Source: Myxococcota bacterium (lineage in GTDB: Bacteria > Myxococcota_A > UBA796 > CAJQPC01). Taken from it: a DNA stretch of 64,000 bases. Where the stretch lies: the NCBI GenBank assembly GCA_036012755.1, contig DASCPX010000040.1, positions 32,001-96,000 of the forward strand, given 5' to 3'. Positions within the stretch are counted from its first letter, which is position 1. Each line of letters opens with the position of its first letter. The translations under genes were made by a program, and so were the position numbers. The notes under the pieces are model-generated. The model was not told the origin of the DNA and did no database searches. It worked only from the letters and a program-made list of their open reading frames with translations. Shown here piece after piece: positions 39,698-47,231 of this stretch.

Positions 39698-40115
39698 CCT
39701 CCCAGGCCACAGAGGACGGGAACCCCCGAGAGGCGAGGAAGCGCGCGATCTGCTGGCGCGTCTTGCCGCTCTTGCGCTGAGCGATGCTGGTGGCGTGGGC
39801 CCTCCAGTCCACCTCCAACTCGGCGAAAGCCTCTTCGATCAGCGAGGCGGCGACGCCCTTTTCGCGGAGCTTCGCGCGTACTTTTGCCGGCCCGTAGCCG
39901 CGAATGTGCACGAAGTGCCGGGCCATACCGAAGGCCGCCCGGCGATCGTCGAGCAGCCCGACGGCCTCGAGGCGATCGAGCGCAGCGTCGGCCTCGTCAG
40001 GGGCGTGGCCCTTGTCGAGGAGCTTGCGAAACAGCTCCACCCGCGCGTGCTCCCGTCTCGCGAGGAGAGCGATCGCGCGGGCCTTTGCCGAAGGAGGTGG
40101 CCTGTGCCGTCCTAC
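39612..40115 (-). CDS. recX: Regulatory protein RecX; no canonical start codon, possibly degenerate
   Basis: [44 protein letters not shown]. The frame begins at GTA overlapping the rpmG TAG. Confidence 0.8.
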   Translation of the reverse strand, partial: VGRHRPPPSAKARAIALLARREHARVELFRKLLDKGHAPDEADAALDRLEAVGLLDDRRAAFGMARHFVHIRGYGPAKVRAKLREKGVAASLIEEAFAELEVDWRAHATSIAQRKSGKTRQQIARFLASRGFPSSVAWEVSASVSSSVSSSSLRAGDPSSGAEVEED

Positions 40116-40303
40116 TTCTTGATCTCCTTGTGGACCGTGTGCTTGCGCTCGTACCTGCAGTACTTCTTGAGCTCGAGCCGTCCGGGGATCGTCTTCTTGT
40201 TCTTCGTGGTGTGGTACCGCGAGACACCAGGCATCCCCGAGGTACGACAGGTCGTGCACTCGAGGTGGATGATGATGCGGCCCTTGGCAGTCTTCTTCGC
40301 CAT
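40112..40303 (-). CDS. rpmG: 50S ribosomal protein L33
   Basis: [11 protein letters not shown]...[35 protein letters not shown]. Confidence 0.95.
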   Translation of the reverse strand: MAKKTAKGRIIIHLECTTCRTSGMPGVSRYHTTKNKKTIPGRLELKKYCRYERKHTVHKEIKK

Positions 40304-40315
40304 TTGGGTCTCCGC

Positions 40316-40933
40316 CTACAGCGTCTGCGAGTAGAACTCGACGATGGCCTGGAGGTTGCACTCGAAAGGCAGGTCCTCCAGCTCGGGCGCCTGGGTCATG
40401 GTACCCGTGGCCTTGGCCGGGTCGAACTCGAGGTACTGGGGGCGCACCGTCGCCATGGAGCGCTCCAGGTTCTCCTGGATGAAGGGCTTCTGCTTGCTCT
40501 TCTCGCGCACGCTGATCTCGGAGCCGGCCTTCACGGAGAAGCTCGGGCGATCGACACGCTTGCCGTTGATCAGGATGTGCCCGTGAACGACCATCTGGCG
40601 GGCAGCCGGGATGGTGGGGGCGAGGCCGATACGCCAGACGACGTTGTCCAGGCGGCTCTCGAGCAGCGTGACCAGCACGCGGCCGGTCGGCCCCTTGCGG
40701 CGCGAGGCCTCCCTGAGGTAGCGGCGAAACTGCTTCTCGAGCACGCCGAAGTGCCAGCGCAGCTTCTGCTTCTCGATGAGGCGAGTCTTGTAGTCAGAGG
40801 GCTTCCCCCGACGCCGCTGGCCGTGGACGCCGGGAGGCGTCGGCCGAGACAGATCGGTAGCGGTCGTCAGACCGGGAAGCACCGTACCCACTGCCCGGCA
40901 CTTCTTCAGCCGGGGTCCACGATAACGAGCCAT
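40316..40933 (-). CDS. rpsD: 30S ribosomal protein S4
   Basis: AGGAG SD. MARYRGPR, SDY..RLIEKQKLR, LESRLDNVV, ARQMVVHGHI, IVEFYS. Confidence 0.96.
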   Translation of the reverse strand: MARYRGPRLKKCRAVGTVLPGLTTATDLSRPTPPGVHGQRRRGKPSDYKTRLIEKQKLRWHFGVLEKQFRRYLREASRRKGPTGRVLVTLLESRLDNVVWRIGLAPTIPAARQMVVHGHILINGKRVDRPSFSVKAGSEISVREKSKQKPFIQENLERSMATVRPQYLEFDPAKATGTMTQAPELEDLPFECNLQAIVEFYSQTL

Positions 40934-41099
40934 CTGGCACGCTCCTGTCGGTGTAATGACGGCGCGCGGGGGGTCCGATCGGAGATCATGGGCCCGCACG
41001 CCCGGTTAGCTCGTGGTCTATCCACTTGCGAACGTCGGCATCTATGGCTGGCGGGCGCCGCAGTCAAGTGGGATGATGACCGACAAGGAGGTCCGAGAC

Positions 41100-41741
41100 A
41101 TGCAGAAGGGCTTCACCATGATCGAGCTGATGATCGTCATGAGCCTCGTCGCGATCCTCACCGCGGCGGGGATCTTCACATCGAAGAACGTCATGCCTTC
41201 CTGGCGGACGAAGCAGGCGGCGTCCGACTTCGCCGACCGGACCCGAGAGGCTCGGATGCTGGCGATCCTGCTGGATCGGGAGACCAAGGTCGAGATCATC
41301 GACTACGACTCGAGCACCGGTAGCGGGTCGGAGGGCACCACCGCCTACGGCCACTACCAGGTCAGCGTCGGCGACGCGGCTGCCGACTCCACCTTCTTCG
41401 ATGTGCTCCCCTTCGAGGACACCTCGGGCACGGACGTGGGGAAGGGAGAAGGCGACTTCGACTTCGGCTACGGCGGGCGGCACGAGCTCCGGAGCGTCTC
41501 GCTGGCCGAACCCTCAACGGACGAGATCATCTTCGATCCGCGCGGCTGGCTGACCAACAGCGCGACAGACTTCACCCACAGCGAAAGTGGAGCCGTCGAG
41601 TACGTCTTCGTCAACAAGCGCCGCGTCGAGGACAGCTGGTCGGTCCTGGTCTTCCGCAGCGGCATGGTCCGGATGGAGCACAATGGGGGCCGCGAGTTCT
41701 CGAGCAACAGCGGCGGGACCGAGCAGTACACGACGCAGTGA
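41100..41741 (+). CDS. Type IV minor pilin / pseudopilin (FimT/GspH-like)
   Basis: AAGGAGG SD. Prepilin cleavage motif MQKG-FTMIELMIV. IIFDPRGW near the C-terminus. Confidence 0.85.
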   Translation: MQKGFTMIELMIVMSLVAILTAAGIFTSKNVMPSWRTKQAASDFADRTREARMLAILLDRETKVEIIDYDSSTGSGSEGTTAYGHYQVSVGDAAADSTFFDVLPFEDTSGTDVGKGEGDFDFGYGGRHELRSVSLAEPSTDEIIFDPRGWLTNSATDFTHSESGAVEYVFVNKRRVEDSWSVLVFRSGMVRMEHNGGREFSSNSGGTEQYTTQ

Positions 41742-41756
41742 TCGCGGGGGGCACCC

Positions 41757-42788
41757 CTACAGGCGAGCGAGGACCGCGCGAGCGCTGAGGCCTGCCTCTC
41801 CCTGGCCGCGGGCGACACGCTCGAGGTGGGGGCGGGCGAGCTCACCTGACTTCCACAGGGCGCCCATGGCGGGGAGGTGGAAGCCCCCGAGCGCCGAGCC
41901 CTGGAGATCGCCCAGGTAGCTGGCGAGGACCGCTGGGGCGGCCTGGAGCTCTCCGAGAGCCCAGAGGATGACGGCGCGCACGGGGTACTGGACCCCGAGC
42001 CCCGCCCCGGGGTGGCCCTCGTGTTCGAGCGCCTCCACCTCGAGCGCGCGGACGAGTGAAGGCGCTGTCGTGGGGGCACCGATGCGGCCGAGCGACAAGG
42101 CGCTGCCTCGGCGGTGGGCGAAGGCCCGGCTCGGGTCGAGGTCCATTCGAGAGAGGGCGACGATGAGCGTGTCGACAAAGCGCGGGTCGCCGTTGTGTCC
42201 CATCGCGAGCAGCCGGGCGCTCTCTCCTCGCCGACCGGCCGAGCGACGAGACCCCTGGATGGTCTCCAGATCCTCGAGCTGTCCTCTGGCAGCGAGGTTC
42301 AGCAGTCCGCTGGGCTCCTCGATGTCGGGAGCATCTTCGGAGAGCGCCATCTCCAGCCCCGCGGCGAGCTCCGCCACCCCGAGCCCGATGGCCTCCTCGG
42401 GCACGCGCTCGCCCCGAGGGGTCTCGAAAGAGACCAGGATCGCCCGCTCGAGATCGGCGATGACGTCGGCTGTGACCTGTCCACAGCGGACGCGGGCCTC
42501 CGCGAGGGCGAGCAGGACGGTGTTGCTGCGCTCGAGGGCGAAGGCCTCGCCGAGACCCTCGTCGATTCCTCGTCGACCCAGGTTGCGGGCCGCCGCCCTT
42601 CGTACACCGGGAACCGGGTCGGTGAGCAGCTCGATGAGCAAGGCGGATGCTCGCTCCTCGGGGTGTCGCCCGAGGGCCCTGGCCGCCCGGATCCGCAACA
42701 GCTCGTCCCCCCTCCGCAGGACCCGGGCGAGTCCCGGTCCGTCCAGCACTTCCGGGCTCCCGAGCAGCCGTTCGCGCAGCCCGCTCAT
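41757..42788 (-). CDS. HEAT/PBS-lyase repeat protein
   Basis: RIRAARALG, DPVPGVRRAAARNLG, RGSALSLGRIG, VRAVILWALG. Start re-called to ATG 42788. Confidence 0.8.
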   Translation of the reverse strand: MSGLRERLLGSPEVLDGPGLARVLRRGDELLRIRAARALGRHPEERASALLIELLTDPVPGVRRAAARNLGRRGIDEGLGEAFALERSNTVLLALAEARVRCGQVTADVIADLERAILVSFETPRGERVPEEAIGLGVAELAAGLEMALSEDAPDIEEPSGLLNLAARGQLEDLETIQGSRRSAGRRGESARLLAMGHNGDPRFVDTLIVALSRMDLDPSRAFAHRRGSALSLGRIGAPTTAPSLVRALEVEALEHEGHPGAGLGVQYPVRAVILWALGELQAAPAVLASYLGDLQGSALGGFHLPAMGALWKSGELARPHLERVARGQGEAGLSARAVLARL

Positions 42789-42801
42789 GCTCCGCAAGTC
42801 G

Positions 42802-42965
42802 ACGTCCACAGGTTGTCCACAGCCCTTCCAAGGATCCTTGCCGCCAAGAAAAAATCCAGGTCCCACTCGTTCATCGGGTGTCCACAGAAAGTCACCTTGA
42901 AAGACCGTAGCGATTTCGCACACCCATGGATCGGTCCATGAGTTGTCCACAGGCGACGATCCACA
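42802..42965. promoter_or_regulatory. Cluster of DnaA-box-like 9-mers (possible oriC or DnaA-titration site)
   Basis: TTGTCCACA at 42813-42821 and 42943-42951, GTGTCCACA at 42878-42886, ACGTCCACA at 42802-42810, CGATCCACA at 42957-42965. All are in the same orientation in a non-coding, AT-richer tract. Confidence 0.65.
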
Positions 42966-43010
42966 ACATGTCCGGTGCCGATCCGCGTGGTCACCACAAC
43001 ATATTGTGGT
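42961..43010. promoter_or_regulatory. NrdR-box-like palindrome with a weaker upstream copy
   Basis: CCACAACATATTGTGG at 42994-43009 matches the acaCwAtATaTwGtgt consensus. CCACAACAT also occurs at 42961. Confidence 0.6.
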
Positions 43011-43312
43011 CGAGTGCTTGACCCGATCTTGGGCCAGCGGTAGAAAACGAGCGTGGAAACGGTGTGCCGATGACTTGTTCATCGGGGGGCGCATCGGGGC
43101 CGCAAACCTGGACCCTCTCTCGATTCTCTACCCCTCGCTCGCCGCCCGGCTGGGTGAGGACTTGGAGTTCCCTGTTTCCGTGCTCGAACTGCGGCGCCAC
43201 CAGCATCGGACCTCCCACGCTCCTACCCCGACAGACCTTCCGCGTCTGTCCAGCCCGACCCTCGGGTGCGCGTGTGGAACCGCTGGTGTCCAAGCGACGT
43301 AGGAGTTCCGGC

Positions 43313-43381
43313 GGGTCTACAGACCGGACAGGCTGGGCGGGTCCCGCCCGCCCAGCCTATTCCGGTTAGACGCGTGGACCC
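43313..43381. other. Long stem-loop immediately upstream of the mrp operon
   Basis: Perfect 12-bp stem AGGCTGGGCGGG (43330-43341)/CCCGCCCAGCCT (43347-43358), extended by ACCGGA/TCCGGT and GGGTCTAC/GTGGACCC. Confidence 0.6.
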
Positions 43382-43383
43382 TG

Positions 43384-43860
43384 ATGCTTCGCTCGCTGCT
43401 CTTGTTCTCGGTGCTGCTGTCGACCTGGTTCCTCTGGTCGGGTCACACCGAACCGATGCTCCTGGGCTTCGGCGCCGGGAGCTCGCTGGCGATCGTGCTG
43501 TTGGTCTGGCGGATGGAGGGCTCCAACCACGACAGGACGCCGCTGGCGGTGTGGGTTCGAGTCGTCATCTACTTCCCCTGGCTCGCCTGGGAGATCGTCA
43601 AGAGCAACCTCCACGTGGCCCGCATGGTGCTGACACCGAAGGCCATCTCGCCCCGGCTCGTCCGCACGAAGGCGTCGCAGCGCACCGACTTCGGGCGCGT
43701 GCTCTACGCCAACAGCATCACCCTCACCCCGGGCACCATCACCCTGGACCTGCGGGGTGACGATCTCCTCGTCCATGCCCTGACGAAGGACACGGCAGAG
43801 GGCCTCGACGGCAACATGGACCGGCGCTGTCTCTGGGTCGAACAGGGCAGGCAGGGCTGA
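43384..43860 (+). CDS. mrpE: Na+/H+ antiporter subunit E
   Basis: WEIVKSNLHVA, YANSITLTPGTIT, LVHAL. Confidence 0.93.
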   Translation: MLRSLLLFSVLLSTWFLWSGHTEPMLLGFGAGSSLAIVLLVWRMEGSNHDRTPLAVWVRVVIYFPWLAWEIVKSNLHVARMVLTPKAISPRLVRTKASQRTDFGRVLYANSITLTPGTITLDLRGDDLLVHALTKDTAEGLDGNMDRRCLWVEQGRQG

Positions 43861-44132
43861 TGTTCGTCGCCGCGATGGTCGCCGTCCTGGCCACGATGTC
43901 CCTGGCGCTCATTCGAGCGCTCCTGGGGCCGACCGTCTACGACCGAATCCTGGCCTTGAACATGTTCGGGACCAAGACCGTGCTCTTGATCGCGGTCGCT
44001 GGGTTCCTCGCCGGACGGCCAGAGTTCCTCGACCTGGCGCTGGTCTACGCGCTGGTCAACTTCGTGGGGACCATCGCCGTGGCGAAGTTCGCCCGCTTCG
44101 GCAACCTCGCGTCGGACCTGCACAAGCGATGA
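43860..44132 (+). CDS. mrpF: Na+/H+ antiporter subunit F
   Basis: GPTVYDRILA, DLALVYALVNF. Confidence 0.93.
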   Translation: MFVAAMVAVLATMSLALIRALLGPTVYDRILALNMFGTKTVLLIAVAGFLAGRPEFLDLALVYALVNFVGTIAVAKFARFGNLASDLHKR

Positions 44133-44434
44133 TCGTCGAGATCGCCAGCTGGATCCTGCTCGTCTCGGGCGGCCTGTTCTGCGTGATCGGCGGGCTCGGG
44201 CTCCTCCGTTTCCCGGACTTCTACACCCGCACCCACGCCGCGAGCATCACCGACACGATGGGCGCAGGCCTGATGCTTGCGGGCCTGATGCTGCAGGGCG
44301 GGCTGAGCATCCCGACCGGGAAGCTGGCCTGCCTGCTCGTCTTCATCCTCTTTGCTTCCCCGACAGCGGCTCACGCTCTCGTCAAGGCGGCCTACGCCCA
44401 CGGCGTGAAGTGGGAGGACAGCGATGCAGATTGA
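44129..44434 (+). CDS. mrpG: Na+/H+ antiporter subunit G
   Basis: GLLRFPDFYTRTHAAS, SPTAAHAL. Confidence 0.93.
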   Translation: MIVEIASWILLVSGGLFCVIGGLGLLRFPDFYTRTHAASITDTMGAGLMLAGLMLQGGLSIPTGKLACLLVFILFASPTAAHALVKAAYAHGVKWEDSDAD

Positions 44435-44954
44435 GGTCCTGCTGTTCGTGATGCTGCTGGCGATGGCGGTGGCCGTCGCGAGGCTGACGGACCTCTACGC
44501 CGCGGCGATGCTCACTGGCATCTTCAGCCTGCTGTCCGCTGGGCTCTTCACCCTCATGGACGCGGTGGACGTCGCCTACACAGAGGCCGCGGTCGGCGCC
44601 GGCATCAGCACCGTGCTCTTCCTGGGCACCCTCTCTCTCACGGACCGCAAGGAGCGCCAGCAGCCCTTCCGCATCGCGCCTCTGCTCGTGGTGATCCTGA
44701 CTGGCGCGACCCTGATGTACGGGACCCTGGACATGCCCGCCTACGGCGACCCGGAGGCCCCGGTCCACCAGCACGTGGGGCCCGACTACATCGAGAAGGC
44801 TCCTCACGACTTCGAGGGCATACCGAACGTGGTCACGCCGATCCTGGGCTCCTGGCGCGGCTATGACACCCTCGGGGAGACCACGGTCATCTTCACCGCC
44901 GCGGTCGGCGTGATGTTGTTGCTCGGCCGACGCCGACGCTGGCGGACCCGTTGA
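44424..44954 (+). CDS. Mrp subunit, DUF4040/MnhB N-terminal type
   Basis: AVDVAYTEAAVGAG, PNVVTPIL..WRGYDTLGE. Confidence 0.88.
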   Translation: MQIEVLLFVMLLAMAVAVARLTDLYAAAMLTGIFSLLSAGLFTLMDAVDVAYTEAAVGAGISTVLFLGTLSLTDRKERQQPFRIAPLLVVILTGATLMYGTLDMPAYGDPEAPVHQHVGPDYIEKAPHDFEGIPNVVTPILGSWRGYDTLGETTVIFTAAVGVMLLLGRRRRWRTR

Positions 44955-45400
44955 AGTCCCCCATGCGCATGCGAGAGAAGGCCATCCTGCGCCTGGTGGC
45001 CAAGGGCTTCGTGCCCTTCATCCTGTTGTTCGCGCTCTACACCCAGTTCCACGGCGACTTCGGGCCCGGAGGGGGCTTCCAGGCCGGCGTGATCTTCGCG
45101 GCCGGGCTCATCCTCTACGGCCTGATCTGGGGGCTCGAGTCACTCCAGAGGTTGGCTCCCCCGCTGGTGGTGGAGATCGCCGCCGCCCTTGGGGTGCTGC
45201 TCTACGGCTTCACGGGGGTGGCGACGATGTTGCTCGGGGGCAACTTCCTCGAGTACGCGGCCTTCTCCCCCGAGCATCCCGCCCACGGCCAGCACACCGG
45301 GCTGTTGCTCATCGAGGGCGGAGTCGGCATCACCGTCACCGCCGCGATGCTCGTGATCTACTACAAGTTCGCTGCCCGAGCCCTCCCGGAGGAGGCGTGA
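44951..45400 (+). CDS. mrpB: Na+/H+ antiporter subunit B
   Basis: HGDFGPGGGFQAG, IEGGVGITV. Confidence 0.92.
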   Translation: MKSPMRMREKAILRLVAKGFVPFILLFALYTQFHGDFGPGGGFQAGVIFAAGLILYGLIWGLESLQRLAPPLVVEIAAALGVLLYGFTGVATMLLGGNFLEYAAFSPEHPAHGQHTGLLLIEGGVGITVTAAMLVIYYKFAARALPEEA

Positions 45401-45756
45401 GCGCGCTCCTCGGGCTGTGGGTGTACCAGGTCGTCGTCGTGCTGATGATGATCGGCCTCTACATCGTCATCGCCCGAGACAACCTCGTGAAGAAGGTGAT
45501 GGGGCTGTCGATCTTCCAGGTCAGCGTCATCCTCTTCTACGTGGCGATCGGCAAGGTCGAGGGCGGCACGCCGCCGATCCTGGCCGAGGGCATCGAGCTC
45601 TACTCGAACCCGCTGCCCCACGTGCTCATGCTGACGGCCATCGTCGTCGGCGTGGCCACGACCGCGCTCGGGCTGGCCCTCGTGGTGCGCATCCGCGAGG
45701 CCTACGGCACGGCCGAAGAGGACGAGATCGCGCTCATGGACCTGGAGGAGGGGTGA
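45397..45756 (+). CDS. mrpC: Na+/H+ antiporter subunit C
   Basis: NLVKK, NPLPHVLMLTAIVVG. Confidence 0.93.
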   Translation: MSALLGLWVYQVVVVLMMIGLYIVIARDNLVKKVMGLSIFQVSVILFYVAIGKVEGGTPPILAEGIELYSNPLPHVLMLTAIVVGVATTALGLALVVRIREAYGTAEEDEIALMDLEEG

Positions 45757-47231
45757 GCCTGGAGCACCTCCCGGTCGTGCAGGTCGTGCTGCCGCTGTTG
45801 GCGGCTCCGCTCTGCCTCCTCCTCCGTCACGAGAAGGTCGTCCGCTGGTTCGCGGTCGGTGTCGCCTGGGTCGGCCTCGGCATCGCGCTGCAGCTGCTGC
45901 ACACGGTCCAGACCGAGGGCGCCATCACCTACTGGCTCGGCGGCTGGGCGCCGCCCCTCGGCATCGAGCTGGCCATCGACTCGGTCAACGCCTTCCTGCT
46001 GGTCATCGTGAGCGGGATGGCGGCGGTGGTGCTGCCCTTTGGTCCTGGCAGCGCGACGCTCGCGATCCCGCAGGACCGCCACCACCTCTTCTACGCCGTC
46101 TTCCTCCTGTGCCTCTGCGGCCTGTTGGGCATCTCGGCCACCGGCGACGCCTTCAACGTCTTCGTCTTCCTCGAGGTCACCAGCCTCTCGAGCTACACGA
46201 TGATCGCCCTGGGCAAGGGCCGCCGAGCGCTGATGGCCGCCTTCTCGTACCTGGTGATGGGCACCATCGGCGGCACCTTCATCCTCATCGGTATCGGCCT
46301 CCTGTACCAGATGACGGGCACGCTCAACATGGCGGACCTCGCGGCGAGGCTCCCCGCCGTGATCGAGACCCGCACCGTGCTCGTGGCCTTTGGCTTCCTC
46401 ACCTGCGGCTCCAGCATCAAGCTGGCTGTCTTCCCGCTCCACCAGTGGCTTCCGAACGCCTACACCCACGCCCCCTCGATGGTCAGCGCCTTCCTGGCCT
46501 CTACGGCTACGAAGGTCAGCTACTACGTGCTCGTCCGCGTGCTCTTCGGCATCTTCGGCGCGGCCTTCGTCTTCGGCACGGTGAAGCTCCACTGGCTGCT
46601 GTTGCCCGCCTCGCTGCTGGCGATGTTCTTCGGCAGCCTCGCGGCCATCTGGCAGACCGACGTGAAGCGGCTGTTGGCCTACAGCTCGATCGCACAGATC
46701 GGGTACATGACGCTCGGGCTGGCGATGAACAGCACCACCGGGCTGGCTGGGGGGCTCGTCCACCTCTTCAACCACGCCCTGTCGAAGGGTGGCCTGTTCC
46801 TGGTCGTGGCGTGCGTGAGCTGGCGGGTGGGCAGCTCCAAGCTCGAAGACATGGCCGGCCTCGGCAAGCGCATGCCGCTGACGCTGCTGGCCTTCGCGAT
46901 CGGCGGGTTCTCGCTCATCGGTGTGCCAGGGACAGCGGGCTTCATCAGCAAGTGGTACCTGGTCAGCGCCGCGCTGGAGAAGGGCTGGATCTGGCTGGCC
47001 GTCCTCATCCTGCTGTCCTCGCTCTTGGCGGTGGCCTATGTCTTCCGCGTGCTGGAGGTGGCCTGGTTCCGGGAGCCTCCCCCGGGTGACGTGGGCATCC
47101 GCGAGCCCCCAGCGAGCATGTGGATCCCGGCATGGATCCTCATCGGCGCGACCATCCTCTTCGGCCTCTGGACCGACCTGACCGGAGACGTCGCCGAGCG
47201 TGCCGCGGCCTTGCTCATGGGGGTCGGCTGA
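45753..47231 (+). CDS. mrpD: Na+/H+ antiporter subunit D family (copy 1)
   Basis: GDAFNVFVFLEV, KLAVFPLHQWLPNAY, KRLLAYSS, HALSKG, GFISKW. GTGA overlap start. Confidence 0.92.
   Translation: MSLEHLPVVQVVLPLLAAPLCLLLRHEKVVRWFAVGVAWVGLGIALQLLHTVQTEGAITYWLGGWAPPLGIELAIDSVNAFLLVIVSGMAAVVLPFGPGSATLAIPQDRHHLFYAVFLLCLCGLLGISATGDAFNVFVFLEVTSLSSYTMIALGKGRRALMAAFSYLVMGTIGGTFILIGIGLLYQMTGTLNMADLAARLPAVIETRTVLVAFGFLTCGSSIKLAVFPLHQWLPNAYTHAPSMVSAFLASTATKVSYYVLVRVLFGIFGAAFVFGTVKLHWLLLPASLLAMFFGSLAAIWQTDVKRLLAYSSIAQIGYMTLGLAMNSTTGLAGGLVHLFNHALSKGGLFLVVACVSWRVGSSKLEDMAGLGKRMPLTLLAFAIGGFSLIGVPGTAGFISKWYLVSAALEKGWIWLAVLILLSSLLAVAYVFRVLEVAWFREPPPGDVGIREPPASMWIPAWILIGATILFGLWTDLTGDVAERAAALLMGVG

Noticed and set aside
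42789..43094. N-terminal extension of the HEAT-repeat ORF
   Set aside because: It translates the DnaA-box tract (VDN/CG/LWT-type peptides typical of such boxes). The real start is most likely ATG 42788.
43219..43306. Cloverleaf-like fold as a tRNA
   Set aside because: There is no T-loop GTTCRA in the right position, no D-loop GG pattern, no 7-nt anticodon arm geometry and no CCA end on either strand.
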